Assembly (NCBI GenBank): GCA_013265495.1
Contig: MU058584.1
Location: 1,772,616-1,836,615 of the forward strand
Source: Vicugna vicugna
Lineage: Eukaryota
Reading direction: 5' to 3'
DNA length: 64,000 nucleotides
Shown one piece after another: positions 1 to 13,629 of the stretch (the stretch's first letter is position 1; each line of letters starts with the position of its first letter). The position numbers and the translations under genes are program-made. The notes below the pieces were generated by a model that did not search any database, was not told where the DNA came from, and saw only the letters and a list, made by a program, of their open reading frames with translations.

Positions 1-179
1 GAAATAACAGGAAAAATAGTTTTTCAGCCTAAGAAATTATTTTTGGATCCTTATTTACTCTCGAAAATTATATAATAAACCAAATCCCCCAGTAAAGCAG
101 GCAACTGTCCAACTGCATCTAATTGAATTAACTCTGAGATAATCCAAATCTTTCTAGGAAGGATAGTTTTCATATTTAA

Positions 180-700
180 AGAACCATAATTTGAAGAAAC
201 TACAAAATATTACTGAGCAACATACAAGAAGACGTGGGGAGCTGTGGAGCCCTCTGATGTTCCTGGATGGAAAGATAACACTGTAAAAACGTCAATTTAG
301 ACAAATTATTTTAAATGTTTCTTGCAATTCTGATCAAAATGCCAACGGAGTTTTTGAAAGAAACTGGGGGGATGAAACAAATGATGTTAGAATGAATTCA
401 GAATAAAACACAAGAAAGAACACTTTCCTAACAACCAGAGTTGTCACAAATGGGAAAACTTAACCCTGCAAGATAGTAAAGCATGGTATTAACATTCAGT
501 TACTAAAGACTTGGCACCAAAAATGCAGAGTTCAATTACCAGAAGAAGCCAAGAACAGATCCTGATATACAGATGATCAACAAATAATAAATTAGCATTG
601 TAAATCAATGGGAAAGAGTGATAGTCAATAAATGGTGTTGCAAAAATGTATTAGATCTGCGGCACAAAATAAAATTAGACCTGACCTTACCCAAAGTTTA
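180..700 (+). mobile_element. Ancient L1 (L1M/L1ME-type) ORF2 remnant
   Basis: Degenerate L1 ORF2-like phrases (aaactacaaaatattactga, gttcctggatggaaaga, aattctgatcaaaatgccaacggagttttt, tcaatgggaaagagtgatagtcaataaatggtgttg). Boundaries approximate. Confidence 0.6.
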
Positions 701-704
701 TATA

Positions 705-1615
705 CAGGCCTACCTGGATCCAGATTTTTGAAGGATTTAAGCTATCACAATTCTGAGTCCTCTTAAAGAAAAAGAATACAATATTACATATATAAAATTA
801 GTCATGGACGTGAGTATTAGTTTAGGATGAGAAAAATCACAACAAAATAAAAACTGCAAAAAAGCTAATAGATCCCAGAAATATGAAATCTGGAAAAAAA
901 TTTCTTAATTAAATAATTGTTTGATACTTCTGTAATATTTTTCCCTGTATATGTTCTGGCTGCATACTCTTTGGTTACTTTTTCATAAAAATAGCTATTT
1001 TTTTATTATTGATAATTTAAAGAAATTCCTTCAGATTCTCCACTCCGTCTTGATGATGTTATGTAAGTGTTTAGGATTATTGTCAACTTTGGGGAAATCT
1101 CTACCAAGTTTCTTTTATATATGAGCTGTAAGATTTGGGGGATTTCCACAGATGAATTTCTGGCTTCATACATTTTAAATCTTGTGCTCTCTCACTAACC
1201 ACACACTGTCAGTGCTGAGCATCAGAGAACACATTCATATCGGATTAGAAATTCTACCCATACGTCTTAGTATCAGAACACTAGGAGGCTGGCACAAATG
1301 GGAAAAATTTTTGGAAATCACTCCTCCACTAGAAGGACTAGCTATACATGAACGTGGTGGTGAACCATCTAAAAATATCCCACAAACCCAAACTTGGTGT
1401 ATCCTATTAGCTGGAACCCAACATGCCAGCAGCCACTACCATGCAATCTGTCATATGGGAAAATATAAAGGAGAAAATGTATTATAGAAGGAAAGAGTGA
1501 TAAAGAGAAAATTGGAATGGAAAGTGATGGTCTTAAATGCATGTGGTTCAAATATTTTACTTTTGCAAATTTTTCAAAAATATATAACCATTGTGAACAT
1601 AATTCTAGAGGTCTT
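705..1615 (-). mobile_element. hAT-Tip100 DNA transposon remnant (Zaphod/MER115-like)
   Basis: Left end caggcctacctggatccagatttt...aagaaaaagaataca and right part ttacttttgcaaattttt...ccattgtgaacat resemble Zaphod/MER115 from memory. The minus strand around 1000-1135 gives a decayed hAT dimerisation-domain peptide (ILQLIYKRNLVEISPKLTIIL). Confidence 0.7.
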
Positions 1616-2369
1616 TTTATTGTGATAAACCTACTTCTGATTATCCTCACCAGCAGTTTAAGAAACTGAAAGCTGGGAAGGGAAAGCAGCTTTTCCTTAA
1701 TCACACCGCTTGCAAACTGCTAGCTGAGATTAGAAGTCAAGGCTGAATGATTTCAAAGACAGTACTCTAAAATAACAAGCTATATTTCTCTAATAAAAGA
1801 GAAAAAGAGTTAATGTCCTTAATACATGGAAAAGCTGTTTGGAATCAGTACAAGATCACCATCTTCCAACAGAAACATGGACAGTTTTCCAAGGAAAAAA
1901 AACAAATGGTTAATTATCATTAAAAATCACTCAGCTTTAAAGTGGATACATTATTTTTTCAACTTTGAAAATAATTTTCAAGTGATAATTCACAGCATCG
2001 TTGGACTAAGAGGGAGACACATACATTGCTCTTGAGAATACAGATTTGTACAAGTTTCAGAAAATCAATTTGTCAATCTGGCAATGTGTATTAGAAGCTC
2101 TCAAAATGCTCATCACATTCCACTTCATCTCCAGGAAAATAATCAGAGATAAAGAAAAAGTTTTATATACAAAGTCATTGCACTATTTATAAAGGGAAAA
2201 AAGAAAAGTTATAAAGGGAATGGTTAAGTGAATTATAGGATTATCATATAAAAAATGAAATATAATATGTTCCATTATGTTATAGTTATATTTCCATAAT
2301 ATGCCAAAATACTTGCAGACTGTCAAGTGAAAAAAAGGTCTTTTTTGAATACTACCCAGTTCAGTCTCA

Positions 2370-2440
2370 AACACATAAACACACACACATACACACACAC
2401 AAACACACACACAAACACACACACACACAAACACACACAG
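2370..2440. repeat. Interrupted (CA)n microsatellite within an old L1 3' fragment (~2040-2520)
   Basis: Directly visible CA runs. Confidence 0.9.
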
Positions 2441-3224
2441 AGACATTAGGCAGAAATACAGAGCTACTAACACAGGTTAGGAGCCATCATTTCAGCAGTG
2501 ACATCATACCATTTTAACTTGAACTGGCAAATGTAATTTTAAGAATAATTGCTTCATTTTATAATCGACAAAACAGAACATTTGTGACCTACTTCTCTGC
2601 TTCTTGTTGGCAAGTTTGAGAATTGATGAGGGTGTGTCTGTACTGTGGTACTGAAAACCTACCTTGTTATCAGAGCGTTCAGTTTAGTGCAGTTCAGAGC
2701 AGCCGTCTGATGCCCCCCAGCCCCCACCGTTTTACAGTTCGCACAGCTGTAGCTGTCTGCCTGGTGGGCTCCCAGAGCGGGCTGCGTTTCATTGCAAGGC
2801 TGTATCAGCGAAGCCCCTGGTCTCTTATGTGAGGAAAGGCACTATATAAATGCAAAATAGTCTATTTTATTCATGCTGTCATATAAATAGAGATCTACTT
2901 TATGTTAGCAGTTTTTCAAGGAAACTGGCTATTCTTAGTATCAGGCGAGTCATTCTCAGGGCTTCCATGATCTACTGGGCAAAATTATTTTTCACCCCAG
3001 GACAACATGTGCCTTCTCGGGTGCAGAGGAGTCACCAGAAATGTCACCTTGAGCCAATACTGGTCCACACAGAGGACTAGATGATTATCTAGACGGGTCG
3101 AGCTGACCCTTGCTCTGGCTGAAGTTGCAAATGTCTGGCTGCAAAGACCCAGAGAGACAACTCTTTTCTCCTGGTCTCAGCAGTGGCCCCCGTTCTCAGC
3201 ATCTCCAACATAAGGACATGGTGA

Positions 3225-3440
3225 CAAAGACAGGGCTCTACAGTCAGGTGGACACGGGTTTAAACCCTCGTGCTGTTTGAGAGCTCTGTGTCTTTGGGTC
3301 TTGTCCTTCATTTGTGAAATGAACGCATCCACCCTTGGGTGGGGGGTGGGGGGGGTTACAGGATGAGTCAGTGAAGCATGGGAGGAAGTCATTTGACACA
3401 ATGCCAGGCACACAGTAGTTCAATACACATTATCTGTTAG
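3225..3440 (+). mobile_element. MIR SINE
   Basis: gggtttaaaccc B-box-like motif, ccttcatttgtgaaatg core, and cacaatgccaggcacacagtag tail. Confidence 0.65.
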
Positions 3441-4037
3441 AGTCAGTAGTTCCACTTCCCTCATTCAGCACCAACCTGAGCAATGTGATTTTAGAACACT
3501 ACGCTAAGGGCAGGGAGTGAGGGATGGCTGGAGAGCAGGAATTATAGGGCCTGTGTCTGCCTCTTAAGAATTTACAAGCTCTAAACATAGAAAGCTTAGA
3601 ACCAGAAGTGACCTCAGTAACTTATCTGTTCCACTCCCTTCATTTTTCAAACAAGGAAAGCTTATTAAAACAAGCCAGTGTGGCTTCCCAGTTCTATCTG
3701 ACATGCTGTGTGCCTCAAAATGAATCAACTACACTTGACACATTAATTTAGTTCAGAGATCCTTTGAGTCATAGGCCCCTCTTTTCTGTGTTTCTTCCTC
3801 CCCCCTTAAAATACTAAATGAAATTTGCTCTATGGTGGGGCACAAACTCTTTTCCTAATGTGCTACCTTTAGACCATCACTGACTAATCTTGCCTGTTAT
3901 CTTGAGCAAACGTGTGCTGCTCCGTAGCACGAATGCTCAGGAAAGCTACTCCTTTTCTTGAAGTGTTTGATAGAACTACACCTTTAGTTTTGTCTCACCT
4001 TACTTTCTAAAGTGTTGAAACCCTTAAGAATGAATCT

Positions 4038-4470
4038 GTAAAAGAATGAAATTTTGCCATTTGCAGTAACATGAATGGACCTGGAGGGTATTATGCTAAG
4101 GGAAATAAGTCATACAAAGAAAGACAAATACTGTATGACATCACCTATATATGGAATTTAAAGATTACAGCAAACTAGTGAATATGAAAAGAAAGAAACA
4201 GACTCAACAGATACTAAGAGATAGAAGAGGGGAGGAGCAAGATAGGGGTAGGAGAATAAGAGGTGCATGTTGCTATGCATAAAATAAATAAGTTACAAAG
4301 GTATATATTGTATAGCACATGGAATATAGTCAGTATTTTACAATAACTATAAATGGGATATAACCTTTAAAAACTGGGAATCACTGTGTTGTATAACTGA
4401 AACATATTATTTTGTACATCAACTATATCTCCACACACGAAAAAAAAGAATTTTAAAATAAAAAATAAGA
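4038..4470 (+). mobile_element. 5'-truncated L1 3' end (L1MA/laurasiatherian type) with A-rich tail
   Basis: aagaatgaaattttgccatttgcagtaacatgaatggacctggagggtattatgctaag...aaagacaaatactgtatg, followed by an A-rich tail at about 4440-4470. Confidence 0.9.
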
Positions 4471-4857
4471 AATGTGTATTTTAAAAAGACAGAGTACATA
4501 GAAGTGTCAAAATGACAAGGAGCCAAGATGGCTCCTTAACATCGTATCCATTACACTTTGCACAGTGCTGATTCCAATCGTCTCACTAAATCAAACTGAA
4601 ATTAGACATTGATACCCCTGCCTGCTCTCCCAAGGAATTCCTTTATCCTATGGATCTACAACTGAAATGATCAGAGAAAGAAATTCTTCCTCTCTGTGTC
4701 AATTCTGTGGAAGGGAAAAAATGCTTCTGCCTCATGTTAGCCCCTCTTTCCGATTCTATCTTCCTTTTTAAAAATGAAAGGTTAATAATATGACTGGACA
4801 GAATGTAAGTCATCCTTCAATCCAAATGTTTCAAGTAGTATCCTCTTCTCTCTAGTC

Positions 4858-5356
4858 CAGGCATCTTAATTTTTCTGTGCCACATACCCCTTTGGCAGTC
4901 TGGGGACACCTATAAACTCCTTCTTAGAATAATGTTTTTAAACACAAAAGCAAAATGGATAAATTTCAAAGAGAACTGGCTATATTGAGATAGTTATCAA
5001 ATTAAGGAAAAACTGGAATATAAGCTCATATATGCCTTTATTAACGCATTAAATAAAAAGATCTAGTTGTGGGTCTAATGGCCACCATCATCTCAAGATA
5101 GTGACGAGCACAAACGTTATTTGCAGACAGCTGCAGCAACTGTAATGTGGTGTAAACATATCTGTGACTTCTATTGATGGCAGCCATAAATTCAGCTAAT
5201 CCTATTGTGATTTCTTTCCTACGTTCATAAAGGAAAAAATGCTAAATTCTTATTAGAAGTTAGTGAAAAGGAAGATACAACATTTCCCCATTTACATCTG
5301 TGGACCCTGTGAATTCTATCAGAGAACCCCTCAGCCCCTGCAGCCTAGAACTCCAG
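4858..5356. mobile_element. hAT-Charlie non-autonomous element (Charlie4a-like), near full length
   Basis: Colinear with the remembered ~500-bp Charlie4a consensus: cag...ttctgtgccacatacccctttggcagtctgg...ttattaacgcattaaata...agatctag...ggaccctgtgaattctatc...agaactcc. Confidence 0.75.
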
Positions 5357-5855
5357 CTGTGGTTCCCAACACAGCTCTGAGCAGGCCTGGCCCAGGCTCG
5401 CCAGGCTGTCCTTCTCCTCCTCTTCCTCCTCCTAACACAGTACTCAGTTGCTCTTGAGAACTGGCCATTTTTTTTTTCTCCATGTCTTGTTTCAAGAACA
5501 TCTAGGCAGGAAAGTTTCAAATTTAGGTGAAGTGAAAGCAAATGGAATTTTCCAGTTAGGAATATTTTATATAGCACCAAGTTCTCTCTTCCACTACCCA
5601 CAGATATTTTCCAATTCTGTGTGTGTGTGTATGTGTGTTTTCAAGATTCAAGGCCTTGGTGGAGTTTGAAAAAAACCGACCCCTCTGAAAGATTAGTGAT
5701 ATATTTCACTACCTTGTAATGAGGGAGAGTTATCTAAAACATACTCAATTTGTTGTCTTTCTCTTATTTCTCCTCTTCTTTGTTTTCATATATTCTCAAC
5801 AGAAAACATGCTCTTCAACTGACCTGTATTTAGTCTCTCAAACCATCTAGGCAAC

Positions 5856-5858
5856 ACA

Positions 5859-5891
<33 letters not shown>
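5856..5891. repeat. (CA)n microsatellite
   Basis: Directly visible. Confidence 0.95.
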
Positions 5892-5893
<2 letters not shown>

Positions 5894-6034
5894 CTCTTCC
5901 TCTATAGACGGATGTACACCTACCTATATATGTACATACAGACATAAACATAGATACAGAAATATATTTTGTATCTTTCCTCTTTTAAAATTTGGAAATA
6001 ACCCTAGAGTTTATCCCATAAAGATAATTTTATC

Positions 6035-6140
6035 GTAATAAAAGTCCCATGAGGGCGGGGACTTTTTTTATTTGCTGTTGCTTCTGTAGCAATTAGAACA
6101 GTGCCTGACACTGCTTGAATATTTATTGAGTGAATGGACA
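6035..6140 (+). mobile_element. L2 3' end
   Basis: cccatgagggcggggac...tagaacagtgcctgacac...atatttattgagtgaatg. Confidence 0.7.
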
Positions 6141-7544
6141 AGTATGTTAGCTGTAAAGACTTCTGCAAATAAAGTGGGCTTGTGAGGATTTTTTTATTTT
6201 ATCTGAAACTAATGTTAAGAGAGAAAGGCAAGAACCTCAGAAGTCGTTTTCATAAAATCAAAACCAAACCTTAAATTTTAGGAAAATACATACATACACA
6301 CTTAATAACAACATGACTGTTCTGTCCTAAATAGCAAAAGGTTTTGTTTTATTTTTAAATCAAAATGAAAGGCTCTGGGTGCTAGTGATGATACAGAAGA
6401 CATGAAACCAGAGCTATAACTAAGTATGAGTCAAACTAGCCATACATGCCATTCCAGAGGGAAAATGAGGCAAAGTAAGTGTATATTGATTACTGAACTC
6501 TATAAATACCACTAGGATGGTTGTATCACCACGGTCAATACATATGCATTGACTAAATAATCCTGAGCTAACAATTCAACACCACGTAACTTCTTCCTCC
6601 CCTCACCTTCAACATTGCACAGAGATGCTAAACTTGTACCAGTGGAGTGAAAGAAACCAAAAGGTGAATATTTAACTAAGGGAGGACTGTAGAGAAGAAG
6701 GAATGAATTAGTGGCCATACAATATGACTTCTGGTCAACCACAAAACAAAAGCGCTGAGTAATGGGAGCACTCATTCAGATTCTGATGCAATAAAACAGG
6801 AAAAGATGGTCAGGAGTGAGTGATCCACGTGGAGTTTAGAGACTCAACCCATACAGGTTGCCCAATGATAGCATGCAAATCACAGGGTCCTTTAATCCAC
6901 TAGATGACAATTTAGATACTACTTTGTATAATTCATTTCCTAAAACAAGATTTCTCAAGCACACCTGGAAAATGCTCATACAGCCCCCCTTTAGAACGTT
7001 TACAGTGGTAAAGATCACATCACTTTTTAAAACAGGTAGCTCAATTAATAACAGATGTAATTACTAGAAGCTTCATCTTTACAAGACTTGAAATTTACCA
7101 CCCTATGATTCTACCCAACACTGAGCACAGTGCCTGATACATAGAAACCACTCCATGATTTCATTTGTTGAAGTTATAGTCTCTTATTTTTGTCCCCCAG
7201 GGCGGTCGAGGTTGGAGGGTCCGGGGTGGCTTGGAGAGGGGGAGTAATCTTTGCTCACTTCTGGATGATAGACTATTTGCTGTTTTTCCTGAAAGTATAG
7301 GATAATTTGGGAGCCGTGCCCCAGTGGACAGGAGCTCAAAACCTCATGTTGCACTGATTTATTCAACACGTGTATATAGTCCAACAACGATCACACATTG
7401 AGTTTGCAATTAAGTAAAAGCAAGTCATTTCTCATTTAACTCTGTTTCTCATTACTTTTGCAGTCAATTTATTTTTTTGATCCCAAAGGCAGACCTTACC
7501 CTTGTTAAAAATTTTATTCTATTGGTTTTCATGCAACAGTTCAA

Positions 7545-8020
7545 CAACTTTGGGTAAATACCAAAGGAACACAAGTGCTGAATTGTATGATAACAGTATG
7601 TGTAATTTTGTAAGAAACTGCCATACCCTTCAAATTAGTGTGCCATTTTGCTTTCCTATCAGCAGTGAATAAACGTTCCTGTTGCTCTGTATCCTCATCA
7701 GCATTTGGAGTTGTCAGCGTTCTGGATTTTGGCCATTCTAATAGGTGTGTAGTGGTATCTGACTGTTGTTTTAATTTGCATTTCCCCAATGACATACGAT
7801 GTAGAGCATCTTTTTTCATATGCTTATCTGCCATCTGTATATCTTCTTTGGTGGGATGCCTGTTAAAATCTTTGGCTGATTTTTTAATCAGTCTGTTTGT
7901 TTTCTTATTGTTGACTTTTCAGAATTGTTTGCATATTTTAGATAACAGCCCTTTATCAGATGTGTCTTTTGCAAATATTTTCTCCCAGTTTGTGACTTGT
8001 CATCTCCTCCTCTTGATATC
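7545..8020 (-). mobile_element. L1 (L1MB/L1MC-type) ORF2 end / 3' region
   Basis: ttggccattctaataggtgtgtagtggtatct...tttaatttgcatttcccc...tgcaaatattttctcccag. The ORF-track peptide at 7541-7834 resembles the L1 ORF2 C-terminus. Confidence 0.85.
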
Positions 8021-9856
8021 CATCAATTTTTTTTATGTCATATGTATCAGAAATTTTTTGAAGGGTTTACATGTAGAAGGCCCTTTCCTTCCTCCCAACT
8101 CTAATGCAGGCTGTTTTTATTTCTAACATTATATTGTTGCAGTCATTTCAAGAGGTTCAATATCAGATTCAAGAGATTAGACATCAAACCTCAAAGTGTC
8201 ACTTTACCCTTAAGCTCCCCACACAACTGCATACTTCATAAAAGAAGATCACATATTTTTAACATATGCTATTTTCTATTTCTTGCTGTTTTTTTTTCCT
8301 TTCTGGGAAGGAGTACTAGTTTAATCTGATTTTATGTGGACATATTTTGATTCTATAGATGATTGTGACTACCGGTGGGCTAATTGCTAAGAAATTTCAC
8401 ATGTTGAAATTTAGAAAGTTTTGGAAACTGTCCCCAGCTCCTCTGTTTATCACATTTACAAATCGGGTAACAGTAATTGCCTTAATGTCAAATATCTTGT
8501 GCTCAACAACTTACAAGAATCCAAAGCAAAAATGTGCTTGGGAAGCAAATTATCCCCTAAATAGGTGACCCTGAAGCCTCATGAACTAACTGTGCCTTCC
8601 TCACTTATTAATAAGCATCATTTCCAAGCAACCAAGATGTATTGAGTTGGGAGTCCCTAAGTGCAAGAGGGTCCAGAAATAGCTTTGACTTTTCCTTTTT
8701 TTAATTTACCTTGTGGGGCTAGGGGGAATGAGCAATCCTTTAGTCTGTCAATATCACCAGCAACAGCGCCACATGAAGAGAGGACGGGGAGGGGAGGCGT
8801 GAGGTGATGGGGGAGGCTCAGCCGAGAAGATGGAATATCTATTTGACACAGAAGAGGAGTCTCAGAACTCTGCAGAGTTGAAATGTCAAAAGAAGCCACT
8901 GAAAAAGAACTGAGTCATCAGAATTTTGACACTGACAAGGCTACACTACATGCAATATACGTGACTTCTAATACCCACCAACTGTTACAGCATGGACTAA
9001 GACATTTTCCGTTTCTACCTTTAGTCTGTGGCAAATTTAATTGTTTTATTTTATTTTTTGATATTTCCCTATTCTATTTTCCTTCAATCATTGTATTCAA
9101 CCAACGCAGGCTGATATGCATTATGTCTTTAAGACTGTGTATCTTGATCTCAAAAGTAATTTTTGCTTATGAAATCTGAAGAGCTATTCAGGAGATCAAA
9201 TAAAATAGTGCATAATACATACTGTGAAAAATTTTAAAATAAGACATCTTATTTCCTTTAACCGAAATTACAAAATTGATGTGCTATAACATATAGCGCA
9301 GATGATGATATAGTATCACTTAATTATAATTTTACAACAAAGTAGAAATGTCACATGCACAAAATGCAGAACCGTATGTTTTGTTTTGCAGAGGGTTTTC
9401 TTTCAATTTCATCAAACCTTATAATTCTTCACTGAGAGAACTAGATGCCACCGTTTTTATGCCCTTATCTTATTTAGCAATGTTTTGGGACAGGATTCAA
9501 CCTCTGGCAAGGTTGCTGCTAAACTAAGCGTGAATTTCTGAATGACAGAAAAATTCTCATGGTTTCAGTATGAACACATGCTATTGAGAAAACAGTACAG
9601 TAGGATCCCATAAAAATACTGCTGGGTTCAAGCACATATTCATCACTGAGGACCAGTGAGTTCTTTGTCAACCTACGTATCCTGTCTACATTGTTTACTC
9701 ATTTGTAAAATATAGGGAAGGGGAAGCTAAGCTAACTAAGGAGGCTGTTAGCCTCAAAAATAACTTATGGGAAAATGTTGTATAATTGCATAATTACACA
9801 CAGAACATGACTATATACATTTTAGTGGCTTGAGGAAAACCAGGGACCTCCTAGAC

Positions 9857-10797
9857 TTGCGCTGTTCAAAATGGCACCAGGGGCCATAGATGGCTATTGA
9901 GTACCTGAAGTATGGCTAGTGCAACTGAAGAATTAAATCTTCCATTTTTCTCCATTTTAACTTGAATTTAAAACCTGAAATAGTGTAAAATATTTTTTCT
10001 GTTAAACACAACTTCCTTGGTAAGGTAGGATGACATTTCATTTAAGCCATTGAAAATTTAGCATCCCAATTAAGATGTACTATGAGGGGAGAATGTACAT
10101 TAGCGCTCAAAAATGTAGTACAAAAACATGTAAAATGTCTCATTGGTAATTTTTATATTGATCACATTATTTAGTAGTCTGAGTAATGGCCACCCAAAGA
10201 CATTGGGTCCTAAACGCTGTAAGTTGTACCTTATTTAGAAAGAGAGTCTTTACAGATGTGCTTAAATTAAAGATTTGGGGATGAGGAGATTATCTGGGCT
10301 AACCCAGATGGGCCTTAAATGTGATCCCATGTTTCCTCATAAGTAAAAGGTACAGGAGTATTTGGACATACACAAAAGGGGAGACAATGTGACTATGGAG
10401 GCAAAGATTGGAGTCTTAATGAATGCCAGTGAGTGTCAGCAGCCACCAACAACTGGACAAAGCGAAAGAACTAGTCTCCCCTAGAGTGTTTGGAGGGAAT
10501 GTAGCCCTGTTGAAACATTGATTTTGGCTCAGTGAAAGTGATTTCAAACTCTGGCCTCCAGAACTGGGAGCAAATACATTTCTGTTGTTCGAATCCTCCA
10601 AGTTTGTGGTCATTTCTTATAGCAGCCTCTGGAAACTAATATAATTACTGAAATTATGGTATTTTTGTTGTCTTGAGTTAGCCATAATAGTATATCAAAA
10701 TTAATTTCACTTCGTTCTCTTTTTTTCTTTTAACATGGCATCTTGAAATTCTTAATTTCCTTTGAAGCCCTCATTAAATTTCTATTGGGCAGTGCTG
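9857..10797. mobile_element. hAT-Charlie1/MER33-family element split by an MLT1 insertion
   Basis: Ends gcgctgttcaaaatggc...tggctattgagtacctgaa and tttctattgggcagtgctg. The internal sequence resumes after 10643. Confidence 0.7.
10171..10643 (+). mobile_element. MaLR solo LTR (MLT1C/D-like)
   Basis: taatggccacccaaagacat...ttatttagaaagagagtctttacagatgtg...ggcctccagaactgggag...atagcagcctctggaaactaatata. Confidence 0.85.
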
Positions 10798-12049
10798 TCT
10801 TAAGCCATGTCGTCTTACAGGACTTAGGAATCGTAAGTCAGTCACCTTCTCATTGGTGGAAGATCCCTGAGCATCCATCCTAAAGAGAAAAGAGAAAGTG
10901 TATCCATCCAGGAGATGCCTCCCAACCACTTCAGTTCTGTGTTCTCAGAGTGTCTCACTGCCAACCTGATATTTCCTCTGCTACATTTGTGAAATAAAGA
11001 TATAGACCAGCAGGTACGCAAAATTACGTTTTCCCTATAATTTCTCTGTTTCTCCATCATTTTGAATAGACTCTCCATGTAAATATAAGCATCCTAAAAG
11101 GAGATTCCCTTCTTTCTTTTCCCCTCAAAATCTTCTTTTCAGGACAGAACTCAGAAGATGTACAGAGTTAAGTTCTTTCTTCTTTGATTTGTCTAACAGG
11201 CGTTATTTTTTAAAAGGCTAGAAAGCTAGGCACGTGGGCATCCACACTGCTTCTGAAGGCAGGACAATGACATATACACACAAAAAGGATTCAACATAAC
11301 CCGAAGACCTTACTAATTTATATACTTGCACACTGTATGTATGTAGAGATTATTTCCTAAACATTTAAAATGTATTATTAGCCCTTGCCAGCACTTTTTT
11401 CCTTCAAAGTGGTTTACAAATGCAAACTTGTTTTCATGCCTCCCTTATGAACCACCATATAATGCTGAGATGGGGGACTTGAACGAGGATTGGGAAGGTA
11501 TAATTCATGGCCCATAATTTCATGTTTCCTGGATTTACCATTGTGTAAGTCAGCCAACAGATTAACAGTAATTACAGACAGCACACAATAATGAGGTAAT
11601 TTGGTACAAATAATCTCTACTGTTACTCTATAAACAGGATCTTACAGGAGATCTACAGATAGCCAAATTTTGACTTGCTGGGTTTTATACATGATAAGCC
11701 TGTTTTAGATAGACGGGCTCATCTCTCCTTGCTCTGCTGAAGCTCTTCCTAGAAAGGCAGGATGCATGTGTTAGCTGAGACACTTGCCATCCCTCTGATG
11801 GCAAGTGCCAATCTTTGGAAGAGGGAAGGGAGGACTAGAGAAAGGCAGTAACCTCTGTCTGCTTCCTGGAAGAACCACTAGTTTATGGAAAATTATCCTT
11901 TCTGTTTCTCAAAGAGAATTGCAAGTCTTTTCTGAAGGACCCCCTAGGGGAGTTGAACTCACCTTCTTGCTGTGGCTTCTCCTACGTGTCTGCCGCCTCC
12001 GGTAATAACAATGACATTCTCATGACATATGATCATTCTCCCTTCTAGT

Positions 12050-12850
12050 CATCCCCTTTCTCATCCTTCACTTCAAATTCTAACTCTAATCTGCTCACTG
12101 AATCTATGCAATGCTACTTTTAAAGTGTCTTCTCCCTTTCATTTCCAGAGCTGCTTACCAAGTGGTCCCAACTGCTCTTCAACTTGATATTACAATGGAT
12201 ACTTTACAAAGTATTCAACCTCAAATCTTTCCCTGCCCCCTTCTCCTCTCCTACTTTTCATTGTGTCACCATATTAATTTTCTGAAAGTCAATCTCTAAT
12301 CATGTTCCTCCGCATAATGGCTCTCTATTCCATTAGGAATAACCCCCACACACATACATTTTAATTTGAAATTCAAAGTCCTCCACAATCTGTCCTCACT
12401 TCACTTTTCAACCTCTCTCATGGACAAGTACCTTTCATGTACCAGACATTCCAAATGAGCATGACTTCTTGTCCTCTTCCAAGCTTTCCTTTCTCTCTCA
12501 AGCTTCAGTAAATTTGCTCATGGTATTTTCTTCTGTCATGTTCTTCCCTTCCATTGTCCCTGCTTTCCAACAGTTTTTACCCATCTTTCAATGCCAGTAT
12601 AAATAGCCTTTCTCTGTGGAGCCATCTATGACCCCACTTTATTGAACACGTCTATTAAAATCAACCTCTCTTATTTCTGTGTTTCCTTAACTTTCTTAAA
12701 GAACTCACCACGTTCTGCCTTATATTGCCTTATTGGTACATCCCATCTCCCTACTGGGTGGCAAATTCATTCCACTGGGGACCGTGCCTTCTTCACCCTT
12801 TCATTCTCTGTGGTGCCTATCAGTTGCTAGGAGTTCAACCAGAATGGACA
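12050..12850 (+). mobile_element. L2 3' region (its 3' half is duplicated at 15279-15759)
   Basis: attcaaagtcctccacaatctg...ggggaccgtgccttcttcacc...gtgcctatcagttgctaggagttcaa, L2-like. Confidence 0.65.
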
Positions 12851-13532
12851 GCGTGAAATGGAACGAGCTCCTGCCAAGCTGGGTTTATGAGTAAGAGCAA
12901 TGGACACAGTTACAGTTGGACTGAAACTTCTTGGGGGTGACAGTGGAATGGAAGAGACAGGACAGCAAAAATGTAGCTTCCTGAGTTGGAGCCAGGCCAG
13001 AGCAATGGGGTTAACAGCAGTGCTCTTAGGCAAAGTGCTTGACCACATCGAATCATTAAAGCTCTTTGGCTCCCTTCCTGCTGGGAAACCCCTACAAGAG
13101 GGATTTGCTTTGAGGGAAAGGGTTCTGTGCACGTAATTATTCTTTCCCTCTAAACCCCAGGAGTAGGATGCTGGTAATTACTTTTGGATCTATTCAGTGT
13201 AATTGCACAATAATCCACAGCCACCTATAAATACTCTGTCATTACATGGCATTGTCCTGGTAAACTCTACTAGGTTTCCCTGGTCAAGTAATTACAGCTG
13301 TGCCACAGGGCAAAGATTAGTGGCACTAAGAACTTCCAGTATTAACACTCACATCTCAGCTGCACAACTATTTCCATCTGTAGAAGCACGAACTACAAAG
13401 AGGCTGTATACTTTGGCAGGCAAAGAGGCGGCAGTTTTTGATGTTTTGGGTGAAGAAGGAACTTCGCCTCCACACTATAAGGGGATGGGGGGGCACAGTA
13501 CTAGGACCTTTGACCTTCTTTGTTTCACAGAT

Positions 13533-13629
13533 CTAGAAGGAAAGAATTAAAGTTAGCATATATCTACCCTGATTTCTCTAAAGAGTAGAGTGGATAGTAC
13601 CAGTAAAATATACAAAAGCAGTAACTTAC
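13533..13629 (-). other. Putative 97-nt U2-type intron (second copy at 16442-16538)
   Basis: Minus strand: AAG|GTAAGT donor, TGCTAAC branch point about 20 nt from the 3' end, and TTTAATTCTTTCCTTCTAG| acceptor. Confidence 0.5.

Noticed and set aside
7541..8126. ORFs at 7541-8126, 14329-15252, 33294-33617 and 51810-52882 as host genes
   Set aside because: They are translations of L1 ORF1/ORF2 remnants or their antisense strands.
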